This document shows positions 1 to 10,412 of a stretch of DNA of 64,000 bases, piece by piece; the stretch's first letter is position 1; each line of letters starts with the position of its first letter. A program made the position numbers and the translations under genes. Under the pieces are notes generated by a model. The model saw only the letters and a list, made by a program, of their open reading frames with translations, was not told the DNA's origin and searched no databases. Source of the DNA: an uncultured Clostridia bacterium (lineage in GTDB: Bacteria; Bacillota; Clostridia; TANB77; CAG-508); assembly GCA_948735595.1 (NCBI GenBank), contig CAPXSA010000002.1:33713-97712 (forward strand), in the 5' to 3' direction.

Positions 1-246
1 AATGGTGTAGTAAAAGGATTTGATAGTGCTGAAAATATTACTACTAGAGTAGAATTAGACAAGGAAAATAATGTGATTGTATTTGTAAATTTAAGTGTAA
101 AAGAAAATGCAATTATTAAAGAATTATCTACTAATTTACAAACTAAAATTAAGACAACTATTAAGAAAACATCAGACTTAGATGTTAAAGAAGTCAATAT
201 TAAAGTAAAAGATGTTGAACCTATCAAAAACGAGGTTCAAGAATAA
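1..246 (+). CDS. Asp23/Gls24 family alkaline-shock protein, C-terminal part (5' end outside window)
   Basis: Frame open from window edge to TAA 244-246; translation ...VKGFDSAENITTRVELDKENNVIVFVNLSVKENAII... is typical of the Asp23 family; followed by its usual DUF2273 partner. Confidence 0.6.
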   Translation, partial: NGVVKGFDSAENITTRVELDKENNVIVFVNLSVKENAIIKELSTNLQTKIKTTIKKTSDLDVKEVNIKVKDVEPIKNEVQE

Positions 247-260
247 AGGAGGCCATAAGA

Positions 261-476
261 ATGGATGGTTTTACAACATTTTGGAACAAATATGGAGGAG
301 CCATTGTTGGCTTAGTAGCAGGAATTATACTGGCGGCTTTAATTGTATTTACCAATTTTTATAAAGTAATTCTAGCTATTGCACTTATCATTGCATGTAT
401 TTGGATAGGTGGATATGTACAACAAAATAAAGAAACAGTAAAAGAAAAGATGAAAAACTTTATTGATAAACTATAA
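261..476 (+). CDS. DUF2273 small membrane protein (Asp23 partner)
   Basis: 71-aa ORF with RBS AAGGAGG upstream, two TM helices, position after asp23. Confidence 0.55.
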   Translation: MDGFTTFWNKYGGAIVGLVAGIILAALIVFTNFYKVILAIALIIACIWIGGYVQQNKETVKEKMKNFIDKL

Positions 477-497
477 GAAGGGGAATTGAAGGAAATG

Positions 498-914
498 ACT
501 AGGTCAGAAGGAAGAAATTTGGCATTTGAACTATTATATAGTTTAGAAATACAAAAGGTAGAAAAAGAAGAGAGACAAGAGCAAATTCAATTGTTTTTAC
601 AAGAAAGTGAAATTGAAGAAGAAAAGACAGCACAATATATTGAACAAACTATGAATGGAATTTTCCTTCAAGAAGCAGAAATTGAAAAAATGATTTCTCA
701 AAACTTAAAAGAGAAATGGGACATTGGCAGAATTTCTAAAGTAAATTTAGCATTACTAAAATTAGGAATTTATGAAATGGTATATAGTAAATTACCATAT
801 AAAGTAGTAGTAAATGAAGTAGTCGAATTAGCTAAGAAATATGGAGAAGATACATCTCCTTCTTTTGTGAATGGCATTTTGGCAAATATCATAAAACAAA
901 AAAATTTACAGTAA
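498..914 (+). CDS. nusB: transcription antitermination factor NusB
   Basis: ORF 486..914; MTRSEGRNLAFELLYSLE...LGIYEM motifs; GAAGGA RBS before ATG 498; conserved nusB-xseA-xseB order. Confidence 0.8.
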   Translation, partial: TRSEGRNLAFELLYSLEIQKVEKEERQEQIQLFLQESEIEEEKTAQYIEQTMNGIFLQEAEIEKMISQNLKEKWDIGRISKVNLALLKLGIYEMVYSKLPYKVVVNEVVELAKKYGEDTSPSFVNGILANIIKQKNLQ

Positions 915-934
915 ACTGACAAATAGAGGAGCAT

Positions 935-2134
935 ATGATTTACAATCCAATTAGTGTTACAGAATTAAATAAGTACATAAAAGGGAAATTTGAAGAAGAT
1001 GAGTACTTTGCAAATGTATTGGTAGAAGGTGAAATTTCTAATTATAAACATCATTACACAGGACATTTATATTTCACATTAAAAGATGAAAATTCTTTAA
1101 TCAAATGTATTATGTTTAAAACCTATACAGGACACTTAGAATTTGAGCCAAAAGATGGAATGAAAGTCATGATTTTAGGGAGTGTTTCTGTTTTTGAAAG
1201 AGACGGAACTTATCAACTATATGCAAAAGCAATGAAACCTATGGGAATGGTAGGAGATTTAAGAGCAGCTTATGAAGAACTAAAACAAAAACTAGAAAAA
1301 GAAGGGCTTTTTGATAGCATACATAAAAAGCCAATACCTGCTTACCCAAAGGTTATTGGGGTTTTAACTTCTAATACAGGAGCAGTAATTCGTGATATTA
1401 TTAATGTTTCCACCAGAAGAAACCCGAATGTAGTGATTAAGCTATTTCCTGTACCAGTACAAGGAGAAGGAGCAGCAGAAAAAATTGCAAAGGGAATTGA
1501 ACTCATGAATGAGCATAAGTTAGCTGATGTGCTAATTGTTGCTAGAGGAGGAGGATCTCTAGAAGATTTATGGACATTTAATGAAGAAGTAGTTGCAAGG
1601 GCTATTTATGCATCAGAATTACCAGTTATTTCAGCAGTAGGGCATGAAACAGATTTTACCATTTCAGACTTTGTAGCAGATTTAAGAGCACCAACGCCAT
1701 CAGCTGCAGCAGAACTTGCCGTTCCTGACATAGCAGAAGTGCAGTCAAAAATAGAAGGGTATCAGAATCGATATAAACAAGCATTGATTCGAAAAGTACA
1801 ACTTATGAAATTGCGTTATGAAAAATGTATGCAAAGTAGGGTATTTACACAGCCATTGCAAAAAGTAAATGAACAATACATGGTTATTGATATGAAAGTA
1901 AAAACAATGGAACATAGCGTTTTACAAAAACTACAAAAGGAAAAATCGAATTTGCAAAGGCTTATAATGCAATTAGACACTTTAAGTCCACTCAAAACTT
2001 TAGCAAGAGGATATGGCATTGTATACAAACAAGGAGATAGAGTGAAAAGCATTACAGATTTAAAAGAAAAAGATGAAATTTCTATTCGTTTGCAAGGGCG
2101 GAGAAGCAAAAGCAATGGTCATAGAAAAAAGTAA
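935..2134 (+). CDS. xseA: exodeoxyribonuclease VII large subunit
   Basis: 399 aa; OB-fold N-terminus and catalytic core (GVLTSNTGAVIRDI..ARGGGSLEDLWTFNEE); followed by xseB. Confidence 0.85.
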   Translation: MIYNPISVTELNKYIKGKFEEDEYFANVLVEGEISNYKHHYTGHLYFTLKDENSLIKCIMFKTYTGHLEFEPKDGMKVMILGSVSVFERDGTYQLYAKAMKPMGMVGDLRAAYEELKQKLEKEGLFDSIHKKPIPAYPKVIGVLTSNTGAVIRDIINVSTRRNPNVVIKLFPVPVQGEGAAEKIAKGIELMNEHKLADVLIVARGGGSLEDLWTFNEEVVARAIYASELPVISAVGHETDFTISDFVADLRAPTPSAAAELAVPDIAEVQSKIEGYQNRYKQALIRKVQLMKLRYEKCMQSRVFTQPLQKVNEQYMVIDMKVKTMEHSVLQKLQKEKSNLQRLIMQLDTLSPLKTLARGYGIVYKQGDRVKSITDLKEKDEISIRLQGRRSKSNGHRKK

Positions 2135-2162
2135 AAATAGTTAGGAAAGGAGAACTATCAGT

Positions 2163-2690
2163 TTGATTAAAAAACTGATAGGAATCAAAAGTATGAGTAA
2201 ATCAACCAAAAATATTCTTATTTTAATTGTAATAGGCTTATTAATATTAGGAATTTCAATAGCGGTGTATAGCCATTTTAAGACAGAACCTATGGATGCT
2301 AATACCAGTAAAGAAAATATTTTAGATGATGCCAATAGTGGATTAGATAATTTTATTAATGACATTTTTGATGAAAATGACATAAAAGATGAAACAGATA
2401 CCACAGAAAAAGGAAATACGCAAGTAAATAATACACAAACTAGTAGCAAGCCAGAAAACTCTGGTAATACTTCTAACGATAATCAAATTACTCCAGGAGA
2501 GAAAAAAGCTTTAGAACTTGTGAAAGAAGAATGGAAAAAAGAGTGGGGCAATTTAGACGATGTATCTTTTAATAATGAAAGTATTCGAAGTGATGGAAAA
2601 TATATTGTTTCTGTTAATGATAGCAGAACTACAAGAGTAATTCGTCGTTATGTTGTAGATACTATTACAGGAGTAGTAGAAGGTCAATAA
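2163..2690 (+). CDS. hypothetical membrane-anchored protein (Ser/Thr/Asn-rich)
   Basis: 175-aa ORF, TTG start with AAGGAGA RBS, one N-terminal TM, low-complexity acidic/polar region. Confidence 0.4.
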   Translation: MIKKLIGIKSMSKSTKNILILIVIGLLILGISIAVYSHFKTEPMDANTSKENILDDANSGLDNFINDIFDENDIKDETDTTEKGNTQVNNTQTSSKPENSGNTSNDNQITPGEKKALELVKEEWKKEWGNLDDVSFNNESIRSDGKYIVSVNDSRTTRVIRRYVVDTITGVVEGQ

Positions 2691-2705
2691 ATAGGAGGAA
2701 GAAAA

Positions 2706-2939
2706 ATGGAAAGCAAAGAATTACCTTTTGAAGAAGCAATGCAACAATTGGAAGTTGTGGCATCAAAACTAGAAAAAGGTGACCTGAATTTAGATGAATC
2801 AGTAACTATATTTGAAGAAGGTATGAAATTATCAAAACAATGTAGTGAATTATTAGAAAATGCAGAAAAAAGAATTACTATCTTATTAAAAGACGAAGAT
2901 GAAATCAAAGAAGAAAATTTTATACAGGAAGAGGAATAA
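2706..2939 (+). CDS. xseB: exodeoxyribonuclease VII small subunit
   Basis: 77 aa, MESKELPFEEAMQQLEVVASKLEKGDLNLDESV.. is the classic XseB signature. Confidence 0.85.
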   Translation: MESKELPFEEAMQQLEVVASKLEKGDLNLDESVTIFEEGMKLSKQCSELLENAEKRITILLKDEDEIKEENFIQEEE

Positions 2940-2945
2940 AAATAA

Positions 2946-3389
2946 ATGCAGGGGATTGTAGCTTTTATTAGAGAATATAAGTATATTATTGTGCCATTTT
3001 TAGTATGGTTTGGGATACAATTATTTAAATTTCTTTATGATATCGTAAAAGAGAAAAAAGTCAATTTTAAAAGACTTATGCAAGCAGGAGGCATGCCAAG
3101 TTCACATTCAGCAGTAGTAGTAGCGCTAACTACTATGATAGCAAAAGCGGAGGGATTAACATCTCCTTTATTTGGTGTATCCCTTATTTTTTCTTTTGTT
3201 GTTATGTATGATGCAGCTGGCGTAAGAAGAGCAGCAGGAAAACAAGCAAAATTATTAAATAAAATAGTAGAGACTCCCGGCTTAAGTGGTGTAGAAGTTT
3301 CAGAAAGATTGGTAGAAGTACTAGGGCATACGCCTATACAAGTAATTGTAGGTGCAATTATTGGATTAGTAGTAGGATTGATTATTTAG
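2946..3389 (+). CDS. divergent PAP2 / YuiD-family membrane protein
   Basis: 147 aa; GGMPSSHSAVVVALTT...MYDAAGVRR motifs of the divergent PAP2 (acid phosphatase/vanadium haloperoxidase-related) family. Confidence 0.6.
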   Translation: MQGIVAFIREYKYIIVPFLVWFGIQLFKFLYDIVKEKKVNFKRLMQAGGMPSSHSAVVVALTTMIAKAEGLTSPLFGVSLIFSFVVMYDAAGVRRAAGKQAKLLNKIVETPGLSGVEVSERLVEVLGHTPIQVIVGAIIGLVVGLII

Positions 3390-3443
3390 TTTGTCAGGTT
3401 AGGGACAAACCTTGAAATAGTATAAAACAAGGAGGAACCTTAA

Positions 3444-5105
3444 ATGGAAGATGTGGAAATTGCAAGAAATACGAAATTAGAAAGAATTTCAAAAATAGCA
3501 CAAGATTTAGAAATTCGTGAAGAGGAACTAGAACAATATGGAAAACACAAAGCCAAGATTTCTCCAGAGGTATATCAAAGATTAAAAGACAAGAAAAATG
3601 GAAAACTAATATTGGTAACAGCTATTAATCCTACACCTTTAGGAGAAGGAAAGACAACAATGGCAATTGGGCTAGCTGATGGTTTAAGAAAGATAGGAAA
3701 AAAGGCGGTTCTTGCATTAAGAGAGCCTTCTTTGGGACCTGTCTTTGGAATTAAAGGTGGAGCAACTGGCGGAGGCCATAGTCAAATAGCACCGATGGAA
3801 GATATTAATTTGCATTTTACAGGTGATATTCATGCAATTACTTCAGCAAATAATTTGCTTTCTGCTATGATAGATAATCATATTTATTTTGGAAATGAAT
3901 TAGGTTTTGATAGAGTAGTATGGAAGAGATGTGTAGATTTAAATGATAGACAATTAAGAAAAGTGAATACGGGGTTATCAGAAGAAAAAAACATTGTGCC
4001 TAGAATGGATGGATTCGATATTTCTGTTGCCTCTGAAATTATGGCGATTTTTTGCTTAGCTACAGATATAGAAGATTTGAAAAGAAGAATTGGTAATATT
4101 ATTGTTGGTTATACCAAAGAGAATAAGCCAATTACTGCGAAGGATTTAAAAGCAGAAGGTAGTATGACTGTTTTATTAAAGGATGCAATCAATCCAAATT
4201 TAGTACAAACTTTAGAAAAAACACCTGCAATTGTTCATGGTGGACCATTTGCGAATATTGCGCATGGATGCAATAGTGTAATTGCTACAAAGCTTGCTCT
4301 AAAATTAGGAGATTATGTGATTACAGAGGCAGGGTTTGGAGCAGACTTAGGAGCAGAGAAGTTCTTAGATATTAAATGTAGAAAAGCAGATTTAAAACCT
4401 GATGCAGTTGTATGTGTAGCAACAATGAAAGCCTTGAAATATCATGGTGGAATGCCAAAAGAAGAATTGAATCAAGAGAGTTTAGAATATTTAGAAAAAG
4501 GTTTTGAAAATTTAGAAAGACATGTAGACAATTTAAAAAATCGTTATGGTTTAAATGTAGTAGTAGCAATTAATAAATATACACAAGATACCAATGCAGA
4601 AATAGAATTTTTGCAAAGCAAATTACAAGAAAAAGGAATTGAACTAAGCTTGGTCGAAAGTTGGGAAAAAGGTGGCGATGGTGCTACTGATTTAGCAAAG
4701 CAAATAGTCAGCTTAGTAGAAAAACAAGAAGATTTCAAATTTGCTTATGAATTACAGGAACGTATAGAAAATAAAATTAAAGCAATAGCCCAGAAAATAT
4801 ATGGAGCGCAAGATGTAGAATATACCGAAGAAGCTAAAAAACATATTGTAGAAATTGAAAAATTAGGATATGGTAATTTGCCAGTGTGTATTGCAAAAAC
4901 ACAATACTCTTTCTCTGATGATCCTAAAAATTTAGAATGTAAAGAACCATTTCATATTCATGTACAAGATGTGGTATTAAGAGCAGGTGCAGAGTTTGTA
5001 GTAGTACTTACAGGCAAAATTATGACTATGCCAGGACTTCCAAAAATACCTGCAGCTGAGAAAATTGATTTAGATGAGAACAATAATATCATAGGTATCT
5101 TTTAG
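3444..5105 (+). CDS. fhs: formate--tetrahydrofolate ligase
   Basis: 553 aa; PTPLGEGKTT P-loop and full-length FTHFS-like sequence. Confidence 0.9.
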   Translation: MEDVEIARNTKLERISKIAQDLEIREEELEQYGKHKAKISPEVYQRLKDKKNGKLILVTAINPTPLGEGKTTMAIGLADGLRKIGKKAVLALREPSLGPVFGIKGGATGGGHSQIAPMEDINLHFTGDIHAITSANNLLSAMIDNHIYFGNELGFDRVVWKRCVDLNDRQLRKVNTGLSEEKNIVPRMDGFDISVASEIMAIFCLATDIEDLKRRIGNIIVGYTKENKPITAKDLKAEGSMTVLLKDAINPNLVQTLEKTPAIVHGGPFANIAHGCNSVIATKLALKLGDYVITEAGFGADLGAEKFLDIKCRKADLKPDAVVCVATMKALKYHGGMPKEELNQESLEYLEKGFENLERHVDNLKNRYGLNVVVAINKYTQDTNAEIEFLQSKLQEKGIELSLVESWEKGGDGATDLAKQIVSLVEKQEDFKFAYELQERIENKIKAIAQKIYGAQDVEYTEEAKKHIVEIEKLGYGNLPVCIAKTQYSFSDDPKNLECKEPFHIHVQDVVLRAGAEFVVVLTGKIMTMPGLPKIPAAEKIDLDENNNIIGIF

Positions 5106-5126
5106 ACATAATAATTAAAAGAATTA

Positions 5127-5283
5127 TTTGATATTTTTATACACTATCCAAGCTACATAGAGTTTGTACGAATCTTTTCCATCGAACGCCTTCTCTTGGA
5201 AAATATTTTTACAAACTCTAATTTGTTGGGCTCGGAACGTCGTAAACTCCTAACTCGCACGCTTTAAAAATATCAAATAGTTC
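5127..5283 (+). other. structured intergenic element with nested inverted repeats (fhs-sleB spacer)
   Basis: outer arms TTATTTGATATTTTTAT / AAAAATATCAAATA; inner arms TAGAGTTTGTA / TACAAACTCTA enclosing a GC-richer core. Confidence 0.3.
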
Positions 5284-5368
5284 TTTTGTTTGTTGATAAA
5301 TATGAATAAATGTACCAATTCTGGTTAAAATACACATAACAGATTTTAACAGAAAGTGGTGTATTTTT

Positions 5369-6070
5369 ATGTTCAAAAAAATAACAAAGAATAAAAGAAG
5401 CATGTGGGCAATGGTAATAGTAACCTTAGCATTTAGTTTATTCTTTTCTTATCATATATTTGTCAGAAATAGTCAGACAGAGGCATTATCTAAATATGGT
5501 TCTAGAGGTGATGAAGTAAGACAAATTCAAACAAAACTAAAAAGATGGGGATATTATAAAGGAAATGTAGACGGGATTTATGGCAGTCAAACACAAGCAG
5601 CAGTTAGATGGTTTCAGTCTAAAAATGGCTTGACAGTAGATGGAATTGCAGGAAAAAACACTTTAAAGGCAATGGGGATTATGAATTCAAGTAATAGTTC
5701 TAGTTCAGGTGCAACAACATCTAATGATTTGAATTTATTATCAAGACTTGTTTATGGTGAGGCAAGAGGAGAACCATATTCTGGGCAGGTTGCTGTTGCA
5801 GCAGTTGTATTAAATCGTGTTAGAAGTAGTTCATTTCCAAACTCTGTATCAGGAGTAATTTATCAAAAAGGAGCTTTTGATGTAGTATCAGATGGACAAA
5901 TTAATTTAACACCAAATGATACAGCAAGAAAAGCAGCCCAAGATGCATTAAATGGTTGGGATCCAACTTATGGAGCAATTTACTATTTTAATCCAAGTAC
6001 TGCAACTAATAAATGGATTTGGTCAAGACCAATGACAGTAACTATTGGTAGACATAGATTTTGTAAATAG
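5369..6070 (+). CDS. sleB: spore cortex-lytic enzyme SleB (PG-binding domain + Hydrolase_2)
   Basis: 233 aa; signal/TM, PG_binding_1 repeat (YGSRGDEVRQIQTKLKRWGYY..VDGIYGSQTQAAV) and SleB hydrolase domain (LLSRLVYGEARGEPYSGQVAVAAVVLNRV). Confidence 0.8.
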   Translation: MFKKITKNKRSMWAMVIVTLAFSLFFSYHIFVRNSQTEALSKYGSRGDEVRQIQTKLKRWGYYKGNVDGIYGSQTQAAVRWFQSKNGLTVDGIAGKNTLKAMGIMNSSNSSSSGATTSNDLNLLSRLVYGEARGEPYSGQVAVAAVVLNRVRSSSFPNSVSGVIYQKGAFDVVSDGQINLTPNDTARKAAQDALNGWDPTYGAIYYFNPSTATNKWIWSRPMTVTIGRHRFCK

Positions 6071-6087
6071 AAATTTTGATGATAAGA

Positions 6088-6115
6088 AGCATAGTCAACT
6101 GATTATGCTTTTTAC
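6088..6115 (+). terminator. rho-independent terminator after sleB
   Basis: hairpin AAGCATAgtcaactgatTATGCTT followed by T-run. Confidence 0.5.
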
Positions 6116-6207
6116 GTTCTGAAAAAACGCATTTTCTCCTTGACAAAAACATAAGCTATTGATAAGATTATAAAAGAAAAATTGTCTAAATCTGAAATGG
6201 AGGCACT

Positions 6208-6711
6208 ATGATTTTATATCCCAAACTCTATTTAAATAGTGTAACAGAAATAAGCATAGAAATACTAGAAAAATATCATTTAAAAGGTCTCATTTTAGAT
6301 GTAGATAATACTCTAATTGATATTAATAAAAATATGCCAGAAGGCATACCAAAATGGATAGAAAACTTAAAAAAACAAAATATTGCTTTATGTATTGTAT
6401 CCAATACGAATCAGAAAGAAAAAGTAGAACAAGTAGCAAAAAAACTAGAAATTCCATATATCTATTTTGCGAAAAAGCCACTTAAAAGCGGTTTCAAAAG
6501 AGCAAAAGAAATTTTGAAATTAGAAAATGAACAAATAGGAGTAGTGGGAGACCAGATCATGACAGATATTATAGGAGCCAATAGAAGTCATATGTTTCCT
6601 ATTTTAGTAAAACCAATTGATGAAAAAGATATTTGGATTACCAGAATAAAAAGACCAATCGAAAATAAAATAATTGAGAAATACAAAAGGAGCCAAAATG
6701 TACATAAATGA
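6208..6711 (+). CDS. YqeG-family HAD phosphatase
   Basis: 167 aa; LILDVDNTL HAD motif I, size and sequence typical of YqeG. Confidence 0.65.
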   Translation: MILYPKLYLNSVTEISIEILEKYHLKGLILDVDNTLIDINKNMPEGIPKWIENLKKQNIALCIVSNTNQKEKVEQVAKKLEIPYIYFAKKPLKSGFKRAKEILKLENEQIGVVGDQIMTDIIGANRSHMFPILVKPIDEKDIWITRIKRPIENKIIEKYKRSQNVHK

Positions 6712-6728
6712 TATCCATATTTTAATTT

Positions 6729-7439
6729 ATGTTGTTGTTCGGAGTAGCGGGATTACTAATCGGTCAATTCATAGACTGGTGCAATAAACGTTTACCAGAC
6801 TACAAAAAAATATTAAGCAAAGAATTTTTTACAGAATATATGAAGCATTTTAAGCCAAACTATTTATTAATGGTCATTACAGCAGTAATGTACCTAGGTT
6901 TGCTATATACTTTTAACATAAGTATAGATTTCTTTAAATATGCAGCTTTAATTCCAATGTTATTATCTGCATTTTGTATTGATTATAAATTGCAAATTAT
7001 TCCAAACCGCTTGAACTTAACTATTTTAGAAATTGGATTATTCTTTACCTTTTTAAATGTTGCTATGAATGTTAGTTCAGGACTAAATACGATTATTGAA
7101 AGTGTAATAGGTGCAGCTGTAGGCGGCGGAATTTTCCTACTTATTACTGTGATAGGCGGTTGGATTGCAGGAAAAGAAGCGATGGGATTTGGTGATGTGA
7201 AACTAATGGGAGCTTTAGGGCTATTATTAGGTTGGAAGGGAATTCTTATGGTTTCTGTACTATCCTTTCTAATAGCTGCTATTATTAGTTTACCAATTTT
7301 AATTATCAAGCGAAAAAATGACTATATACCTTTTGGACCATTTATTGTAATAGCAACTTTTATTGCTATTTTTACACCATATGAGTTATTGTTAACAATT
7401 CTATTAAAAATATTTACTTTAGGAATGTATCAAGGTTAA
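6729..7439 (+). CDS. prepilin peptidase (A24 family)
   Basis: 236 aa polytopic membrane protein; N-terminal ...LIGQFIDWCNKRLP and GFGDVKLMGALG motif. Confidence 0.65.
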   Translation: MLLFGVAGLLIGQFIDWCNKRLPDYKKILSKEFFTEYMKHFKPNYLLMVITAVMYLGLLYTFNISIDFFKYAALIPMLLSAFCIDYKLQIIPNRLNLTILEIGLFFTFLNVAMNVSSGLNTIIESVIGAAVGGGIFLLITVIGGWIAGKEAMGFGDVKLMGALGLLLGWKGILMVSVLSFLIAAIISLPILIIKRKNDYIPFGPFIVIATFIAIFTPYELLLTILLKIFTLGMYQG

Positions 7440-7459
7440 ATTTTTAGGTGGTGATTTTT

Positions 7460-8527
7460 ATGAATACAAAGATTAAGTGGTTAAGAGAAAAAATGCGTGG
7501 ATTAGACATGCAAGGAATGATTGTTTCCAACCCCGTTAATATTAGGTATTTAACAGGGATAAATGCCGAAGGGGTGTTATTAATCACGCGTAAAGAAAAT
7601 CACTACATTACAGATAGTAGATATATAGAAGATGTACATAGCACAGTCACCATAGATGATGAAATTATTATTTCTAATTTTACAGATATTAGTCCATATG
7701 ATTATGAAAATTTCTTCTCATTTTGCGAAAATGTTGGATTTGAAGAGAATTACATTACTTATGCACAATACAAAAAATATATGCAAAAATACAAAGTAAA
7801 TAATTTTGAAGAAACTGAAAACATGATAGAAAAGCAAAGAGTGATAAAAGATGAAGAAGAAATAGCAAAAATTCAAAAAGCCTGTGAGTTAACAGACAGT
7901 TGCTTCAAACATTTACAAGATTTTATAAAAATAGGTATGACAGAAAAAGAAATTGCTTATGAAATAGAAAACTACTTTTTGAGAAATGGAGCAGATGGTC
8001 TTGCTTTTGAAACAATTGTAGCATCTGGCAAAAATTCTTCTAAACCACATGCTATTACAACTGAAAAACAAATAGAAAAAGGTGATCCAATTACGATTGA
8101 CTTTGGTTGTAAATATCAAGGATATTGTTCAGATATGACAAGAACCGTATTTGCAGGACATGTACCTGATAGAATGAAACCAATTTATGATTTGGTATTA
8201 AAAGACCAATTGCAAACTTTAGAAGACATGAAAGAAGGAGCAATTATCCGAAATTTATCTCGCAATGTAGAGAATGATTTTAAATTATATGGGCATAATT
8301 TAATACATAGTTTAGGACATGGAGTTGGATTAGATATTCATGAAATTCCATATATTAATGGAAAAAATGATAATATGTTAAAAGAAAATATGGTTATAAC
8401 AGATGAACCAGGCATTTATTTGCAAGGAGAATTTGGAATTAGAATAGAAGATACAGTATTAATTACAAAAACTGGTTGTATAAATTTAACAAAATCGGAT
8501 AAGAATTATATTATAGTAGATAATTAA
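7460..8527 (+). CDS. Xaa-Pro aminopeptidase (M24B)
   Basis: ORF 7448..8527; creatinase-N plus M24 core (HSLGHGVGLDIHE, metal ligands). Confidence 0.75.
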   Translation: MNTKIKWLREKMRGLDMQGMIVSNPVNIRYLTGINAEGVLLITRKENHYITDSRYIEDVHSTVTIDDEIIISNFTDISPYDYENFFSFCENVGFEENYITYAQYKKYMQKYKVNNFEETENMIEKQRVIKDEEEIAKIQKACELTDSCFKHLQDFIKIGMTEKEIAYEIENYFLRNGADGLAFETIVASGKNSSKPHAITTEKQIEKGDPITIDFGCKYQGYCSDMTRTVFAGHVPDRMKPIYDLVLKDQLQTLEDMKEGAIIRNLSRNVENDFKLYGHNLIHSLGHGVGLDIHEIPYINGKNDNMLKENMVITDEPGIYLQGEFGIRIEDTVLITKTGCINLTKSDKNYIIVDN

Positions 8528-8613
8528 CAAATAAGAATGTTGATTTTTAGGTAGAAATAGTGTATAATAGTAAAGATTTTAAGAAATAAACAAATTTGAA
8601 AGGGGAAAATATT

Positions 8614-9180
8614 ATGGCAGAAGTATATATGGCAGGAGATTTTAGAAACGGAACAACATTTGAAATGGAAGGAAATGTATTCAAAGTAGTAGAATTTCAA
8701 CACGTAAAACCGGGAAAGGGTTCAGCTTTTGTAAGAACAAAAATTAGAAATGTAATTACAGGAGCAGTTTTAGAAAAAACTTTTAACCCATCTGATAAAT
8801 ACCCAGCAGCAGAAATTGAAAAGAAAGAAATGCAATATTTATATGAAGATGGTGGAATTTATTACTTTATGGATAATGAAACATATGAACAATTACCATT
8901 AAATAAAGACCAACTTGGTGATAGTTTAAAATTCTTGAAAGAGAATATGAATGTAAAAATTCTTTCCTATAAAGGAAATGTGTTCTCTGTAGAACCACCA
9001 ATGTTTGTTGAATTAGAAGTTACATATACAGAACCAGGATTTGCTGGTAACACAACTACAACATCAGGAAAACCTGCTACACTAGAAAATGGTTATGAAA
9101 TTTCAGTTCCAATGTTTGTTAATATTGGGGATGTTATTCGTATTGATACTAGAACTGGAGAGTATATGGAAAGAGTTTAA
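8614..9180 (+). CDS. efp: elongation factor P
   Basis: ..[42 protein letters not shown].. is canonical EF-P; RBS AAAGGGGA before ATG 8614. Confidence 0.9.
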   Translation: MAEVYMAGDFRNGTTFEMEGNVFKVVEFQHVKPGKGSAFVRTKIRNVITGAVLEKTFNPSDKYPAAEIEKKEMQYLYEDGGIYYFMDNETYEQLPLNKDQLGDSLKFLKENMNVKILSYKGNVFSVEPPMFVELEVTYTEPGFAGNTTTTSGKPATLENGYEISVPMFVNIGDVIRIDTRTGEYMERV

Positions 9181-9201
9181 TTTGGAAGGGAAGATGACAA
9201 A

Positions 9202-9738
9202 ATGTCAGAATTAAGCAATCGTTATCAACAAATTATGAAAGATTTACAAACAAATATCAAAGATGAAAAAGATAAAGAGTTTGTAATCGGTAAATTCCAA
9301 GAACTTTCAATGATGTTTATGGATGTTATTGATCGTTTAACGTACTTAACAGATTTAAGAATTAAAGAAGTAGAAGAACAGCAAAAACAAATTGATGACA
9401 GAATGTCAAAAATTCAAAAGGCAGTAGATGGCATTGAAAGTGACATTTATGAAGATGAAGAATCTTATGAATTTGATATTATGTGTCCATATTGTAATCA
9501 TGAATTTACGACTGATATCAGTAGCGAAGTAAATACAGAAGTGGAGTGTCCAGAATGTCATAACATGATAGAATTAGATTGGAATGGTGATGAAGAGGAA
9601 GAGTGTGCACATAACTGTTCTGGATGTGGACATGATTGTAGTGCAGAATTGGCAGAAGAATTAGGAATAGAGCCAGAAATGCCAAAAGCAGAAAAAGAAG
9701 AACCAGATGAAGAAAATAACAATGAAGAAGATATGTAA
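9202..9738 (+). CDS. hypothetical acidic protein with C-terminal CxxC zinc-ribbon motifs
   Basis: 178 aa; CPYCNHEF...CPECHN...CSGCGHDC cysteine pairs, acidic tail. Confidence 0.4.
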   Translation: MSELSNRYQQIMKDLQTNIKDEKDKEFVIGKFQELSMMFMDVIDRLTYLTDLRIKEVEEQQKQIDDRMSKIQKAVDGIESDIYEDEESYEFDIMCPYCNHEFTTDISSEVNTEVECPECHNMIELDWNGDEEEECAHNCSGCGHDCSAELAEELGIEPEMPKAEKEEPDEENNNEEDM

Positions 9739-9782
9739 ATGAATGGAACAGTTTTAATTTTAAAGAATTAGAACTGTTTTTT

Positions 9783-10296
9783 CTATTTTTCAAATAAACT
9801 TATAGGATCAATATATTTTCCATCAATACGCACGCCTAAATGCAAGTGTGGACCAGTAGTAGCTCCATTTGTGGGGTTACCATTTTCATCATAATATTGA
9901 TTACCGAGGAACTCCATATACATTTTTAGGTCCAACAGAACCAATAATATCTCCTTTTTTTACGATGTCACCTTTTTGGACAATATAAGTAGGAGAAACA
10001 TGACAATAAGTAATTTTCATATTATTTACGGAAAGTGTAATGGTATAGCCACCACCGCCTAAAAAGCCAGTGAAAGTAATTTTACCGTCACAAACAGCAA
10101 GAAATTTGGTTCCTTCAGGAGCGCCAATATCCATTCCAGCATGATAGGACGTGGCACCACTAGTGGGAAGGTCACGATAGCCGAAAGGAGAGGTAATATA
10201 GGTATAACCGAGGAGTTGGCCATATATATTCTTGAGATAAATCAAAAGAATAATAAGTATCATCAAAAGAAGAATTACCAAGAATACTAGGACCAA
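9783..10296 (-). pseudogene. M23 family metallopeptidase, C-terminus displaced by frameshift near 9905
   Basis: ORF 9901..10296 encodes the M23 core (HAGMDIGAPEGTKF...GDIIGSVGPKN) and ends prematurely; the conserved ..NGATTGPHLHLGVRIDGKYIDPISLFEK* continues in another frame to stop at 9783. Confidence 0.6.
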
Positions 10297-10412
10297 AGAA
10301 GCAAGAAATAAAGAAAATAAGAAAGATAAGAATAAAAAAGAAATAATAAAAGGGCTTGAAAAAACTATTAGACATATAACAATACCTCCGTTTTTTAGCC
10401 CCCGATAATATT

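Noticed and set aside
2940-3400. OLE RNA / oapA downstream of xseB (common nusB-xseAB-ispA-ole synteny)
   Set aside because: The position is occupied by a PAP2-like protein-coding gene with no long structured non-coding stretch.
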